Notes: generated from the letters alone by a model not told the origin. 64,000 nt of DNA from Firmicutes bacterium ADurb.Bin182 (GCA_002070205.1 MWCU01000032.1:15123-79122), one strand, 5' to 3'; shown: positions 17,867 to 28,118, numbered from the stretch's first letter. Numbers and translations are program-made.

Positions 17867-18907
17867 ATGTACAGTTTCAGAAACGATTACAGCGAAGGGG
17901 CTCATCCGGACATTCTGGCTGAGCTTGTGAGAACCAATCTTGAACAGACCGTAGGTTACGGATGCGATGAGTACTGCGAAAGGGCAAAGGACGCCATACG
18001 GCGCGAGATCAATAACGAGAACGCGGCGGTGTATTTCATTTCCGGCGGCACTCAGACCAATCTCATTGCCATATCCTCCTTTTTAAGGCCGCATGAAGCA
18101 GTTATAGCGACAAGCTCCGGGCATATCAACGTGCACGAAACGGGCGCCATAGAGGCGACGGGTCACAAAGTGCTCACGGCGCAAGTTGAAAACGGGAAGC
18201 TGACTCCGGAGCTTATAAAGCCCATACTCGATTTTCATTGCGACGAGCATATGGTCAAGCCGCGCCTTGTTTATATTTCAAATTCCTCGGAGGTCGGCAC
18301 CGTTTATAATCGCGGCGAGCTTTCGGCACTCAGCCGGTTTTGCAAAGAGAACGGCCTTATGCTCTATATGGACGGCGCAAGAATCGGCTCCGCCCTGTGC
18401 TCGAAGCAAAACGACTTGACTATGGAGGAGATTGCCAAGCTTACGGACGCGTTCTATATCGGCGGCACCAAAAACGGATTGATGATGGGCGAAGCGCTGG
18501 TTCTCGTCAACGACTGCCTGAAGGCCGACTTTTTGTTCTTCGTGAAGCAGCGCGGAGCGCTTTTGGCAAAAGGAAGGCTGTTGGGCCTGCAATTTTTAAC
18601 GCTTTTCACCGACGGGCTGTTCTATAAAATCGCGTCGCACGAAAACCGGATGGCGGAGCTTTTAAAGGCAGGCCTTACTGAGCTTGGCGTTCCGTTTTTG
18701 ACGGACTCGCCCACGAATCAGCAATTCCCCATATTCGCGGATGATATCGCAGAAAAGATCAAGCTGAGCTATGATTACGAAATACAAAAGAAACTGCCTG
18801 ACGGACGCACCTGCATCCGCCTCGTAACATCCTGGGCAACGCCCGAATGGGCTGTCAATGAGTTTTTAAGGGATGTGGGGGAGATGCTTCGCATTAGTGG
18901 CGAGTGA
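17867..18907 (+). CDS. ltaE: Low-specificity L-threonine aldolase / beta-eliminating lyase family PLP enzyme
   Basis: MYSFRNDYSEGAHPDIL... and GGTQTNL are typical of threonine aldolases. 346 aa. The last four codons and the stop lie inside repeat copy B. Confidence 0.7.
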   Translation: MYSFRNDYSEGAHPDILAELVRTNLEQTVGYGCDEYCERAKDAIRREINNENAAVYFISGGTQTNLIAISSFLRPHEAVIATSSGHINVHETGAIEATGHKVLTAQVENGKLTPELIKPILDFHCDEHMVKPRLVYISNSSEVGTVYNRGELSALSRFCKENGLMLYMDGARIGSALCSKQNDLTMEEIAKLTDAFYIGGTKNGLMMGEALVLVNDCLKADFLFFVKQRGALLAKGRLLGLQFLTLFTDGLFYKIASHENRMAELLKAGLTELGVPFLTDSPTNQQFPIFADDIAEKIKLSYDYEIQKKLPDGRTCIRLVTSWATPEWAVNEFLRDVGEMLRISGE

Positions 18908-19090
18908 TTAGTGGCGAGTGACTAGTGAATGTGAAATTTGCTAAAGCAAATTTTCTTTAATTAATTTACGTCAACGGGTTTTTCCCGAACTGTCCACTAT
19001 CCACTGGTTACTGACCACTATTAAATTTTAAATCTGCCTTGGGCAGATTTTTCCTTCACTAACCACTCGCCACTAACCACTATCCACTGA
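18893..19090. repeat. Heptamer-array / hairpin element, copy B
   Basis: AGTGR at 18896, 18903, 18910, 18917 and 18924. Hairpin AAATTTGC-taaa-GCAAATTT at 18934-18953. An inverted CCACT array at 18989-19021. Hairpin AAATCTGCC-ttg-GGCAGATTT at 19030-19050. A second inverted array at 19055-19090. Confidence 0.8.
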
Positions 19091-19092
19091 GT

Positions 19093-19129
19093 AAAAAACC
19101 GGCTGTCCATTTCGGACAGCCGGTTTTTT
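19093..19129. terminator. Bidirectional intrinsic terminator
   Basis: A6, CCGGCTGTCC, atttc, GGACAGCCGG, T6. It sits between the convergent genes ending at 18907 (+) and 19132 (-). Confidence 0.8.
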
Positions 19130-19131
19130 AC

Positions 19132-20604
19132 TCACATGCTTTTCAATACTCCCGTTGCCTCGTTGAATTCCTCAATAAGCTTATCGATCTCTTTCGCTTG
19201 ATCGTGAATATCCTTCCAGTAATTATCGTCATACCACTGCGCGTTGAGCTCTTCGACACTTCTGCCCTGCTGCTCGACCCAGGTATAGTACTTGAGGTTA
19301 TGGATGCGCTTTCTCGCCGTATAAGTCAGCTCCTCCATGGTATCGGTCCGGATCCCGTGCATATGCTCAGCGTAATCCGCAGCGGCCTTAACGGGCGTAT
19401 ACTCTCCGTTCCTTTCCTCAAGCTCCCTGATGCGGCTTTGATACATTTCCGCGCTGTCCGTAAATACCGTGGCAACGATGTCGTTTTCGGTAAGCTCGTA
19501 GTATTTGGCCATCTTGATGCAGCAAAGCACGTTCGCGATCCCCGAAATGCCCATCAAAGGCAGCTTTTCGATGAAACCGGCCGGAACGCCGACTTCGTCC
19601 CTCAAATATGCCTGACCGACGGGATCGTTGAACAGGCGCAGGAGGTTTTGGCTGTCGTCATCATCGATTGCTATAACCATATCCGTATTTTTAACGTTGT
19701 GGATCCAGGGCACATGCTTGTCGCCTATGCCTTCAATTCTGTGCCCGCCGAAACCGTTGTTCAAAAGGGTGGGGCATTGCAGAGCTTCCCCGACCGCAAG
19801 CTTTGAATAAGGGAACTGTTCCTTTAAGAAATCTCCGGAGCTCATTGTGCCCGCGGAGCCCGAAGTGAAGCACGCGCCGAAGAATCTGCCGTTTTCGCCC
19901 ATTACGGACTTCACGGCGTCATAAATCGCCCTGCCGGTCACGTGGTAATGCCAAACGACGTTGCCCATCTCTTCAAACTGGTTAAATATGACCACGTCTT
20001 CACGAGTGTTGCGAAGCTCCCAGGTTTTATCGAATATCTCCTTCACATTGCTCTCGCAGCCGGGCGTCGCGATGACTTCTCCCGCGATTTTTGAAAGCCA
20101 TTCAAAGCGCTCGCGGCTCATTTCCGCGGGAAGGATGGCTATTGAATCGCATGAGAGGAGCTTGGAGTTATAGGCTCCGCCCCTGCAGTAATTGCCCGTT
20201 GACGGCCATACCGCTTTATGATATGTGGGATCGAACTGACCGGTCACAAGCCGCGGGGCAAGGCAGCCGAAAGAGGCCCCCACTTTATGGCAGCCGGTAG
20301 GGAACCATTTGCCCGTAAGCGCTATGATGCGCGCCTTAACGCCGGAAAGCTGCCCCGGGATTTCGATGAAGTTGGGACCGCCGAAACCGCCGCCGTTCAT
20401 TTTCGGCTCGTTGCGCCAGGTGATCCTGAACAGATTCAAAGGATCGATATCCCACAGGCCCGTTTTCTTCAAGCCCTGCTTTATCTTATCCGGTATCAGA
20501 TTCGGATCGCTCATCTGTGCGAAAGTGGGAATAACGATTTTGTTTTCACGCGCCCTTTTTATTGTGCGCTGCAGTTTTTCGCGATTTACAGTCAAATCAA
20601 TCAT
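19132..20604 (-). CDS. Fold-type II (Trp-synthase-beta-like) PLP-dependent enzyme, long form; specific function unknown
   Basis: 490 aa. Contains CHKVGASFG (candidate PLP lysine) and glycine-rich segments. The assignment is by general resemblance only. Confidence 0.4.
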   Translation of the reverse strand: MIDLTVNREKLQRTIKRARENKIVIPTFAQMSDPNLIPDKIKQGLKKTGLWDIDPLNLFRITWRNEPKMNGGGFGGPNFIEIPGQLSGVKARIIALTGKWFPTGCHKVGASFGCLAPRLVTGQFDPTYHKAVWPSTGNYCRGGAYNSKLLSCDSIAILPAEMSRERFEWLSKIAGEVIATPGCESNVKEIFDKTWELRNTREDVVIFNQFEEMGNVVWHYHVTGRAIYDAVKSVMGENGRFFGACFTSGSAGTMSSGDFLKEQFPYSKLAVGEALQCPTLLNNGFGGHRIEGIGDKHVPWIHNVKNTDMVIAIDDDDSQNLLRLFNDPVGQAYLRDEVGVPAGFIEKLPLMGISGIANVLCCIKMAKYYELTENDIVATVFTDSAEMYQSRIRELEERNGEYTPVKAAADYAEHMHGIRTDTMEELTYTARKRIHNLKYYTWVEQQGRSVEELNAQWYDDNYWKDIHDQAKEIDKLIEEFNEATGVLKSM

Positions 20605-20860
20605 TTGATGTTCACTCCGGTAAAGTATTTTTATATTTCCAGACGTTTTCCTTAACAGTGTAGCCCATTTACCTGTGTTTGTAAACCCTGCGCCATACCA
20701 AAAAACCTTTCTTTGTATTGTATATTGTAACCATAAGGAGCGGCATTAATGTGAAAACAATTCCGTTTGCGGCAAACCGGAGGGCCGACAGCAAAGACCC
20801 CTGTATAAAAGACCTGAGCAAAAGCGTTATGCGATATATAATTCTTGATATCCGAACTTG

Positions 20861-21799
20861 TTATTTTACGGACAATCGAACGTCCTCGCCCTCGAGCATC
20901 AGCACCTTGCAGTATCTTAAAGAAATGAGGCGTGAAAAAACCCTCTCCTCGTATCTGTCCAAAATATCATCATATGAAAGATTCGTGGCGACCACCGTAT
21001 TGAGCCCGGCGTTCAAGCGCTCATTGAGAATGGAGAATATGTATTCGCGGGTTATATTCGTCATCATGGGTTCCGTACCGAGGTCGTCGATGCAGAGGAC
21101 CGGAACGTTCATGACGTCCTCGATATTCGTTCCTTCACGGATGCTTTTTAAAACCCTGCCGATCAGATTATATCCCGTCAGCTTTATTACGTGCACATTT
21201 CGCTGAAAGGCACGATGCGCGATGCAATTAACAAGGTACGTCTTTCCGAGCCCGGTCTTGCCCATTAAAAGGAGGTTCTTTGTTTCCGTAGAGTCCGGCA
21301 GCCCGTTTGCGTATTGTTCGCAGAGCGCCTTCGCGTTTTTCATAAGGCTGCGCTGACGAAGATCTTTAAAGATATTCAGATCGAAATTTTCGAAGCTCTC
21401 TCCAGAGTTCAAATTGCTCGACGCAAAGTCCCGCGCGGACAATCTCTTAAGATAACAGCTGCAGGGTTTTTGTATGACGTTTCCCAAAAAACCCGTGTCG
21501 GAGCACATACTGCACCGGTATCGCGGCTCAAGATGATCTTTTTCATAGCCAAGCTTCAAGAGGATATCCTCTTCCAGTTTGTTCAGCCTTTGAATTTCGC
21601 TAAGAGCCTTCTCTCTGGCAGCAGCCGGGTCGCCGGACGCTGCCGATATCAATCCCATTTGAAAAATGACGCTCCTGCGCTCCTCGGCGATTCTCTTAAG
21701 TTCGGGCTCAGCTTGATAAGCCGCCTCTCTGCGCTCTGCGGCCTCATCTTCGGCAATTTTGCGAAGCTTTTCGTATTCCTGCTTAAATTCGTTCTTCAT
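20861..21799 (-). CDS. dnaI: DnaI/DnaC-like AAA+ helicase loader
   Basis: Walker A LLMGKTGLGKTYL, Walker B LCIDDLG, and an N-terminal Cys cluster CSMCSDTGF...CSC. The ATG at 21799 with a GAGGA RBS overlaps the upstream gene by 17 nt. Confidence 0.7.
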   Translation of the reverse strand: MKNEFKQEYEKLRKIAEDEAAERREAAYQAEPELKRIAEERRSVIFQMGLISAASGDPAAAREKALSEIQRLNKLEEDILLKLGYEKDHLEPRYRCSMCSDTGFLGNVIQKPCSCYLKRLSARDFASSNLNSGESFENFDLNIFKDLRQRSLMKNAKALCEQYANGLPDSTETKNLLLMGKTGLGKTYLVNCIAHRAFQRNVHVIKLTGYNLIGRVLKSIREGTNIEDVMNVPVLCIDDLGTEPMMTNITREYIFSILNERLNAGLNTVVATNLSYDDILDRYEERVFSRLISLRYCKVLMLEGEDVRLSVK

Positions 21800-23009
21800 C
21801 GGTTTCCTCATCGGCAAGACTGACGGCAATATGCGCCAGTTCCTCGGCTGTGTATTTTCGCTGAGGATAATTATATTTGGCATGCGATGTCTTTACGGGA
21901 GGACGCTGCTGTGATTGCGCCTCTTCATGGTGCGCCCTTGCCGCCTTTACGGTTTTCACTCCCGCCTTGTGCCATTCCTCTATCAGCTTTTTGATCATAA
22001 GGAAAGGCTTCGCGGCTCCGATCGAATACTCGGCTGCGAGCAGGACCATTTCCCGGGGAATATTCATTTCATCGACCCATGAGCCGATAAGTTCCCGTTC
22101 GTCGAAAGTCGGTGAGCGCTTGATGTGAGCGCGCTTGAATGTGAGCCTCGCCATTTCGGCGCGCATATCCTTGTCCCTTCTGTGTTCGGCAATCGACTCT
22201 TCGTCCGTTATGCCCTCCTCCTTATAGGAGAGCAGCACGGCGTTAAGATAGTCGAAAGAGGGACGGGAAGCGCCCGTTGTAACCGCCGCCGCGGCAAATA
22301 TCGCGTTATCGTCAAATCCCCATTCACGCGTCCACACGGCGTACATTTTCAGCTCATCCTCGGTCGGGCGGCGCCCGGCGCGCCAGCGTTTCAAAAGCTT
22401 TGCGGCGCCGCTGTTCAATTCCTCATATTCTTCGATCTGCCGCATTGCCTGCTCTACGGTATTCACGCCCGAATCCGCCCAGGCTTTGGCAACGGTATCC
22501 ATATAATTAATGCTTACTTTGGCGCCCTTTTTCCTGTTGTTCACGCAATAATCCGCGAGCAGAACAATGGTATCCTGCTCAAACCCGAAGACCTCCGCCC
22601 AGTCATAGACTTTTCGAAGCTCATTCATGCTGAGCACGCGCCCGCTCATGACGGCGGACAATCTTTCAATAAGCTCCGTATAGCGGCAGGGCTGTAATGA
22701 AGGTTCGGCGCTCAGCTGTATGCGCTTGCAGTTACGGTATTCGACTTTAAGAGGATCATTATTCGTTATGCGGACAAGCCCGAGATTTTGCCAATAGCAA
22801 AAAGCGTCATATATATCTTCAGCGCATAACCCGGTTGCCTTTTCGATATCGTGTGAGCTCAGAGCGGGGGAATAACACTGCATGAGCCCGCACAGATACA
22901 CCTTTACGTATTCGCCGGGCGCACCCCGCATATATTCGAGTATGAACATGTTTTCCACAGGCGTGATGTCCATCATTGCCGAATCTTTTGAAAAAGTGCA
23001 ATCAGGCAT
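21783..23009 (-). CDS. DnaD-domain replication initiation / primosome protein (Bacillus DnaB/DnaD-like)
   Basis: 408 aa with repeated DnaD-like segments (YLCGLMQ..., FGFEQDTIVLLADYC, WGFDDNAIFAAAA). It is operonic with the dnaI-like gene. Confidence 0.65.
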   Translation of the reverse strand: MPDCTFSKDSAMMDITPVENMFILEYMRGAPGEYVKVYLCGLMQCYSPALSSHDIEKATGLCAEDIYDAFCYWQNLGLVRITNNDPLKVEYRNCKRIQLSAEPSLQPCRYTELIERLSAVMSGRVLSMNELRKVYDWAEVFGFEQDTIVLLADYCVNNRKKGAKVSINYMDTVAKAWADSGVNTVEQAMRQIEEYEELNSGAAKLLKRWRAGRRPTEDELKMYAVWTREWGFDDNAIFAAAAVTTGASRPSFDYLNAVLLSYKEEGITDEESIAEHRRDKDMRAEMARLTFKRAHIKRSPTFDERELIGSWVDEMNIPREMVLLAAEYSIGAAKPFLMIKKLIEEWHKAGVKTVKAARAHHEEAQSQQRPPVKTSHAKYNYPQRKYTAEELAHIAVSLADEETDEERI

Positions 23010-23098
23010 AAACCGGCCCCCGAATTCATTATTATATTATAATATCATAAATTGCTAAGCGGCGGAATGTATTGTTATAATATGGAAGGGGGTGCGGC

Positions 23099-24652
23099 AT
23101 GACTTACCATTCGCGAAAAATAAAAAAACACCGGCTTATCCTTTTTATTTGCGCTGCAGGCACGCTTTTGATCGGCGTTATCCTTTTATTTTTGTTCCGC
23201 CAAAACAGCTTGTTTGCATTAAAGGAGACTACGGAAGATCCCGTAAAAACGCCGGCAACGGCTTTGGAAGCGCCCCGCTCGACGCCCGCCGAGCCTAAAA
23301 AGAAAGGCCCCGAACGTTCATTATACGAGATCGCGGCGAAGCTTTCGAAAGACGGAAGCACGCTAAGCTGTATAGAGCGAATTACATATGTAAATACATC
23401 GAATGATACTCTTTATGAGATAGTGCTCAACACATACGCGAACGCGTTTTTAAGCGAAAAGGCAGTCAGCGAAAAAGAATTCAAGAACGTTTACGGCAAA
23501 GAGTTCTCCATAGGCGGAATTGAAATAGAAAGAATGTCTCTGAACGGTTTTCCCTGCTTTTATAAATATAAAAACCCGGACAAAACTCAGCTTGGCGTTC
23601 CGCTCTTTCTTGAGCTTGAGCCCGGCGACCGGGCAGAGATTATACTGGAATTCAAGCTGACAATACCCAAAGCGAACAACCGTTTCGGAGCGGGAAAAAA
23701 CGCGACTATGCTCGGCAACGTATTCCCTATAGCGGCGGTATATGAGAACGGGTGGCGATTGGACGATTATATTCCTATCGGCGATCCGTTTTTCAGCGAA
23801 ACCTCGGATTACAAACTTGCCGTGCAGCTTCCGAAGGAATATATGCTTTTGTCGACAGGCAGCATAGTATCAACTTCCGCTTCGGATGAAACGGTAACGT
23901 ATTACATCGCGGCGCCCGGAGTGCGGGAAGCGGCCCTCGCGTTCGCGGCGGACTATGCTTTTGTTTCCAGACAGTCCGGAACCGTAACCGTCAATTCCTC
24001 AGCAAAAACGGAATCCCGGGCATTATTTGCGGCGGAGGCCGCATGCGAAGCTCTAAGCGTTTTTTCCGGGCTCATAGGTCCTTATCCGTATGAAAGCCTT
24101 TCCGTTGTACAATCGGATATCGGAGGAGGAATGGAATACCCCGGGCTTATCATGATAGGCGAGGAATGCTACGGCAAATATAACAAAGAATTCGGAGAGT
24201 TTTGCATCGCCCACGAAACGGCGCATCAATGGTGGTATGCGGCGGTAGGCAGCGACCAAATCAACACCCCGTGGGTTGACGAGGCGCTGGCCGAATACAT
24301 GGGTTTCGTATATTGGCGTGAAAAATACGGGGAGAAAGAATTTGAGCGGTTGTGGGCAAGGTATATCGGTCCGAAGCCCGATCATCTGAATCATCCGATA
24401 GACGCGCCTCTTTTTGAATTTTCAAGCGTGTCCGATTACGCCGAATCGGTATACCGCCAGGGAGCGAGGATGCTGCGCGCCTTGAACGAGAAAATAGGCG
24501 ACAAAGTCTTTTTTATGGCGCTGAAAAAATATTACGAACGGAATTTCGGCAAAACCGCTTCGGAACGGGACCTCGCGGGCGCGTTCATGGAGGCTTCGGG
24601 CGAAGATTTGACCGGCTTTTTTGCGGACTGGGGAATCGATTTGAATGATTGA
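23099..24652 (+). CDS. M1-family zinc metallopeptidase (aminopeptidase N-like), membrane anchored
   Basis: HEXXH (AHETAHQWWY) plus the downstream WVDEALAEY glutamate. N-terminal TM helix. Confidence 0.75.
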   Translation: MTYHSRKIKKHRLILFICAAGTLLIGVILLFLFRQNSLFALKETTEDPVKTPATALEAPRSTPAEPKKKGPERSLYEIAAKLSKDGSTLSCIERITYVNTSNDTLYEIVLNTYANAFLSEKAVSEKEFKNVYGKEFSIGGIEIERMSLNGFPCFYKYKNPDKTQLGVPLFLELEPGDRAEIILEFKLTIPKANNRFGAGKNATMLGNVFPIAAVYENGWRLDDYIPIGDPFFSETSDYKLAVQLPKEYMLLSTGSIVSTSASDETVTYYIAAPGVREAALAFAADYAFVSRQSGTVTVNSSAKTESRALFAAEAACEALSVFSGLIGPYPYESLSVVQSDIGGGMEYPGLIMIGEECYGKYNKEFGEFCIAHETAHQWWYAAVGSDQINTPWVDEALAEYMGFVYWREKYGEKEFERLWARYIGPKPDHLNHPIDAPLFEFSSVSDYAESVYRQGARMLRALNEKIGDKVFFMALKKYYERNFGKTASERDLAGAFMEASGEDLTGFFADWGIDLND

Positions 24653-24743
24653 CCGGGCTTGATAGGAAGCGCGTTGATAAAAAAACGTTGAAACCGTATC
24701 TTTCGGCACAGACTAACGCTATATCAAGCAAAAGGTCAATAAC

Positions 24744-25379
24744 ATGAACAAAGGATTTTTTAAAATCATGGCGGTGATTTGCGTATTGCTTGCGGGCACC
24801 GGATGCGGCAAAGCCGAAAAACGGCTGGAGGCGACTCCGGACGATAAGGATTCAAAAAACCCCGTTTCTCAGCAGACGCATGAAGAAGCGATCAATCCGG
24901 GTCCGAATGAGCGGGCCGGGGAACCTATGATAGTCGTTTTCAAAAGAGAGCGCATACTTGAACTCTACAGCGGCGACAGCCTCGTCGGCCGCTATCCTAT
25001 AGACCTCGGGCGGGATCCCTCGGGGGACAAACAAAAAGAGGGAGACGGGCGAACTCCCGAAGGAACCTATTACGTTTGCACGCGCAATGAGCAAAGCCGC
25101 TACTACTTATCGCTGGGCGTTTCTTACCCCAATGAAGAGGATGCAAAGAAAGCCCTGGAAAACGGCATTATAGAAGAAGAAACCTATGAGAGGATCAAAG
25201 CCGCGGAGGATAATTTATCAAAACCGCCGTGGGATACGCCCATGGGCGGAGAAATAATGATACACGGCATGGGCACGGGGGAGGATTGGACCGCAGGATG
25301 CATCGCCGTAAAAAACGACGTAATGGATATCCTCTGGCGGAGCTGTCCGCTGGGTACGCCGATTATCATCCATCCTTAA
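24744..25379 (+). CDS. L,D-transpeptidase (YkuD) family lipoprotein
   Basis: Lipobox LLAGTGC. Catalytic region IMIHGMGTGEDWTAGCIAV (His ... Cys). Confidence 0.8.
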   Translation: MNKGFFKIMAVICVLLAGTGCGKAEKRLEATPDDKDSKNPVSQQTHEEAINPGPNERAGEPMIVVFKRERILELYSGDSLVGRYPIDLGRDPSGDKQKEGDGRTPEGTYYVCTRNEQSRYYLSLGVSYPNEEDAKKALENGIIEEETYERIKAAEDNLSKPPWDTPMGGEIMIHGMGTGEDWTAGCIAVKNDVMDILWRSCPLGTPIIIHP

Positions 25380-25429
25380 AAACCCTGCGGCAACAGACAC
25401 GTGCGTTTTAAAAGCCTTTGATGCCCGGC

Positions 25430-26500
25430 TTATGAACAGCGGGATATCACGTCTTCGAAGCAGCGGTCCGCCGCGCCGAAATCCATGCTGCTCACATAAT
25501 AGGTTTCAAGCTGCCGGTGCAGCTCGCGTGCTTCAGAAAGCTTTTTGATAGCTTTATCGATCATTGCGTCAAAAATATTTCCGTTATCCTCAATTTCCGA
25601 AGAACAGGCGTTAAGCTTTTCAATATCGAGAAGCCGGCGCATATCTATGATCTCGTCAAAATCCCTGCTTGAAGCGCTTACTGCGCTCCTTATCAGAACA
25701 TTAAGCTTCGGAATTATCAAATGCTGGAGCATATCAGGGTACAAAGGCATACAGCAGCAAACGACCTCAAGGCCGATGCTTTCGGCAAACGCGGCAAGCG
25801 CGATAAGCAGGCTTGAAACCGAACGGATGTTTTCGCCGATAACGCCGATCACCTTTTTGCCGTCGGAGAACGAATCAGTGAAATTGCAATAGCCGTCCGC
25901 GGTATAAGCTTCCGTAAACAACATCCTTCTTCCGTTTTCTTTTTTAAAACTTCGTAGTATCGCGTCGGGAAAAACTTCCGCCGCGGCTTCTTCCTTAAGC
26001 AGCGCAAGCTTTGATTCATCGGTTATTTTATTGTATGCTTCGCTTATCTCCGTTCCCAGCGCGCCCGCGCACTGAAGATAACGGTACGCGCTTTGATAAA
26101 GGTATGCTTTTTCGTTATTGATTTCAACGATCTGCCGCTTATGCTCCCTTAAATTCGAGCTGTCTAAAAAAGCTCCCAAATTTAATATCTCATCCGCGGC
26201 GCCCGGAAGCAGGGGATCCAAAGTGTGCGGCGCAGTGCCGTCCACGAGCAAGACCCGAAGCTTGGGTATCATAACTCCATCCAAGCTGGCCGGATCGCTT
26301 GAACAATGGATGTATTCGATATCCAGTCCGCGGCCTTTAAAAACGGACGCGAATTTTCTCATAAATGTGCTTTTACCGACTCCCGGTCCTCCTTTGAGAA
26401 TGTAGATCCTTTCGGCTTGTTTCGGATCGACAAACGTTTTGAAATAGCTTACAAAGCCGCTCGAAGTATTGCCGCCGGCGAAAAAATGCGCTTCCCTCAT
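25430..26500 (-). CDS. P-loop NTPase of unknown function
   Basis: Walker A LKGGPGVGKST near the N-terminus. 356 aa. No other domain was recognised. Confidence 0.5.
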   Translation of the reverse strand: MREAHFFAGGNTSSGFVSYFKTFVDPKQAERIYILKGGPGVGKSTFMRKFASVFKGRGLDIEYIHCSSDPASLDGVMIPKLRVLLVDGTAPHTLDPLLPGAADEILNLGAFLDSSNLREHKRQIVEINNEKAYLYQSAYRYLQCAGALGTEISEAYNKITDESKLALLKEEAAAEVFPDAILRSFKKENGRRMLFTEAYTADGYCNFTDSFSDGKKVIGVIGENIRSVSSLLIALAAFAESIGLEVVCCCMPLYPDMLQHLIIPKLNVLIRSAVSASSRDFDEIIDMRRLLDIEKLNACSSEIEDNGNIFDAMIDKAIKKLSEARELHRQLETYYVSSMDFGAADRCFEDVISRCS

Positions 26501-26693
26501 CGTTAAGCCTCCCGCTTTTTATATGAAGTATCATATGAAATTACCGGACCCGGTGTTCGCGGGCAGCCGATAAATAACCCGTCAATAACCTGACGGCAGC
26601 CAAGCCGCGCGAAGCTTAGTGTTCCCCGATTTAAAAAAATCTGCCCTGAGACAGATTTTTCATAAGCTTTTAAATTTTAACTTAAAACGTAGT

Positions 26694-27383
26694 TTACGAT
26701 ACCAGATCTCCCTGGTGGCTTATGAGGGTAGCGTCGAAGACGCCTTCCACCCTCAAAAACTTTTCAACGAATCCTGTTTCATCTTCCCTTATCCTGATTT
26801 CAACGGTGAGCTCTATGCCGTCGCGCTGAACGGTTTTGCTTTTAAGCCTTGCCTTCGGCAGCTTTCTGACCATTTGCGAAACTGTCTGAGACGCGGCTTC
26901 ATGGAAATGCAGAACAAGAAGATAAGGCATTGACGACCTCCCTTTGAAACCGCTTACCAGAACCATAATAAGCCCGATCACAAGGCCGCCTATTACCGCC
27001 ACGTCGTAGAAATGCGCGCCGAGCGCAATACCTTCCGTAACGGCCCAAAACATGAATACGGTATCGATAGGATCCTTTACCGCCGTTCTGAAACGGATTA
27101 TGGACAGCGCGCCCACCATGCCGAGGCTCAATGTCACGTTATGCGTAATGACCATCATTACGAGGGAGGTTACAAGCGTAAGCATCACAAGGCTCAGATT
27201 AAAGGAACGCGAATACATTACGCCGCCGAAAGACTTTTTATAGATAAAAAATATATACAACCCCGCGATCAGCGAAAGCCCGAGCGTCAGCAGCACCTGT
27301 AAAGGATTAAGCTTGCTTGAAAACAAAGATGTCAAGGAAACTGCTTCGCCGATGGGATCGGGTACGGTTATAGGGTCGGTCAT
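26694..27383 (-). CDS. DUF4956-family integral membrane protein
   Basis: Four or five TM segments followed by a soluble C-terminal domain. It sits downstream of a VTC-domain gene, as in the conserved CotH/VTC/DUF4956 triad. Confidence 0.55.
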   Translation of the reverse strand: MTDPITVPDPIGEAVSLTSLFSSKLNPLQVLLTLGLSLIAGLYIFFIYKKSFGGVMYSRSFNLSLVMLTLVTSLVMMVITHNVTLSLGMVGALSIIRFRTAVKDPIDTVFMFWAVTEGIALGAHFYDVAVIGGLVIGLIMVLVSGFKGRSSMPYLLVLHFHEAASQTVSQMVRKLPKARLKSKTVQRDGIELTVEIRIREDETGFVEKFLRVEGVFDATLISHQGDLVS

Positions 27384-27409
27384 GGAATATCGCCTCCTGC
27401 ATAAAAATA

Positions 27410-28099
27410 TTACAGCTCAAATTTTCTGCACAGACAGTACTTGCTTATCGCGCTGTGCTGTGCCGACGAGATCTGTATAAGATCCCGAATATATGTCGAA
27501 AGATATCGATTGAATTTAACCTCCATAATCATATCATAATCCTGCACAACGGGGTAGGTGGGAATCGCGCGTTCAAAAAGATCGGTGGTACGGAAAGCGG
27601 TGCGCACGTTTTTGTCAAACGTAACCCTTATGTCCTCAAGCGGAAAAACATAAGCCTCGCGCGAATAATCCACTATGACCCGCGGCTTCAGAAGCTTAGT
27701 ACGGAAGTTAAAATACATAATTTTCGCAAAAGGTTCCGGCCTTTGCAGCAGAAAATCGAAGTCGCCCGCAATCAATGATTCCGCCTCTTCGCGGGTTATC
27801 ATGAGGGAATTTTTCAATATATAAGAATTCTCTTTGTGCTTGCACTCGAGCTTTATTGCGCTGTCCGTAAAGTTATATATCCTTATGCGGTATTTATCCC
27901 TGTCGTCCACGCCTTCGAGCTTTGTGCGGAAAGCGTTGTTGTCCCAGTCGTCAAAATAAAGGCTTCGAATAAAGTACTCTCCGTTTTTCCTGCAATACTT
28001 ATCGAGCTCCATAGTAAGCCTGAGCCGATTGGACAGCAGCGTATAATTGCCCTGATTGATGTAATATTTCAATTCATGTCTGTAGCCGGGTTGTTTCAT
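27410..28099 (-). CDS. VTC-domain (polyphosphate-polymerase-like, triphosphate tunnel) protein
   Basis: MKQPGYRHELKYYI... and RSLYFDD..., KLRIRxY-type motifs typical of VTC/CYTH-like tunnel proteins. 229 aa. Confidence 0.6.
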   Translation of the reverse strand: MKQPGYRHELKYYINQGNYTLLSNRLRLTMELDKYCRKNGEYFIRSLYFDDWDNNAFRTKLEGVDDRDKYRIRIYNFTDSAIKLECKHKENSYILKNSLMITREEAESLIAGDFDFLLQRPEPFAKIMYFNFRTKLLKPRVIVDYSREAYVFPLEDIRVTFDKNVRTAFRTTDLFERAIPTYPVVQDYDMIMEVKFNRYLSTYIRDLIQISSAQHSAISKYCLCRKFEL

Positions 28100-28118
28100 T
28101 TTTCCTCCGCCGCCGGAC

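Noticed and set aside
26630-26665. Hairpin AAAAATCTGCC-ctga-GACAGATTTTT, similar to the core hairpin of the heptamer-array elements
   Set aside because: It has no flanking 7-nt arrays. It lies just downstream of the DUF4956 gene stop and is adequately explained as an ordinary intrinsic terminator that shares the stem sequence.
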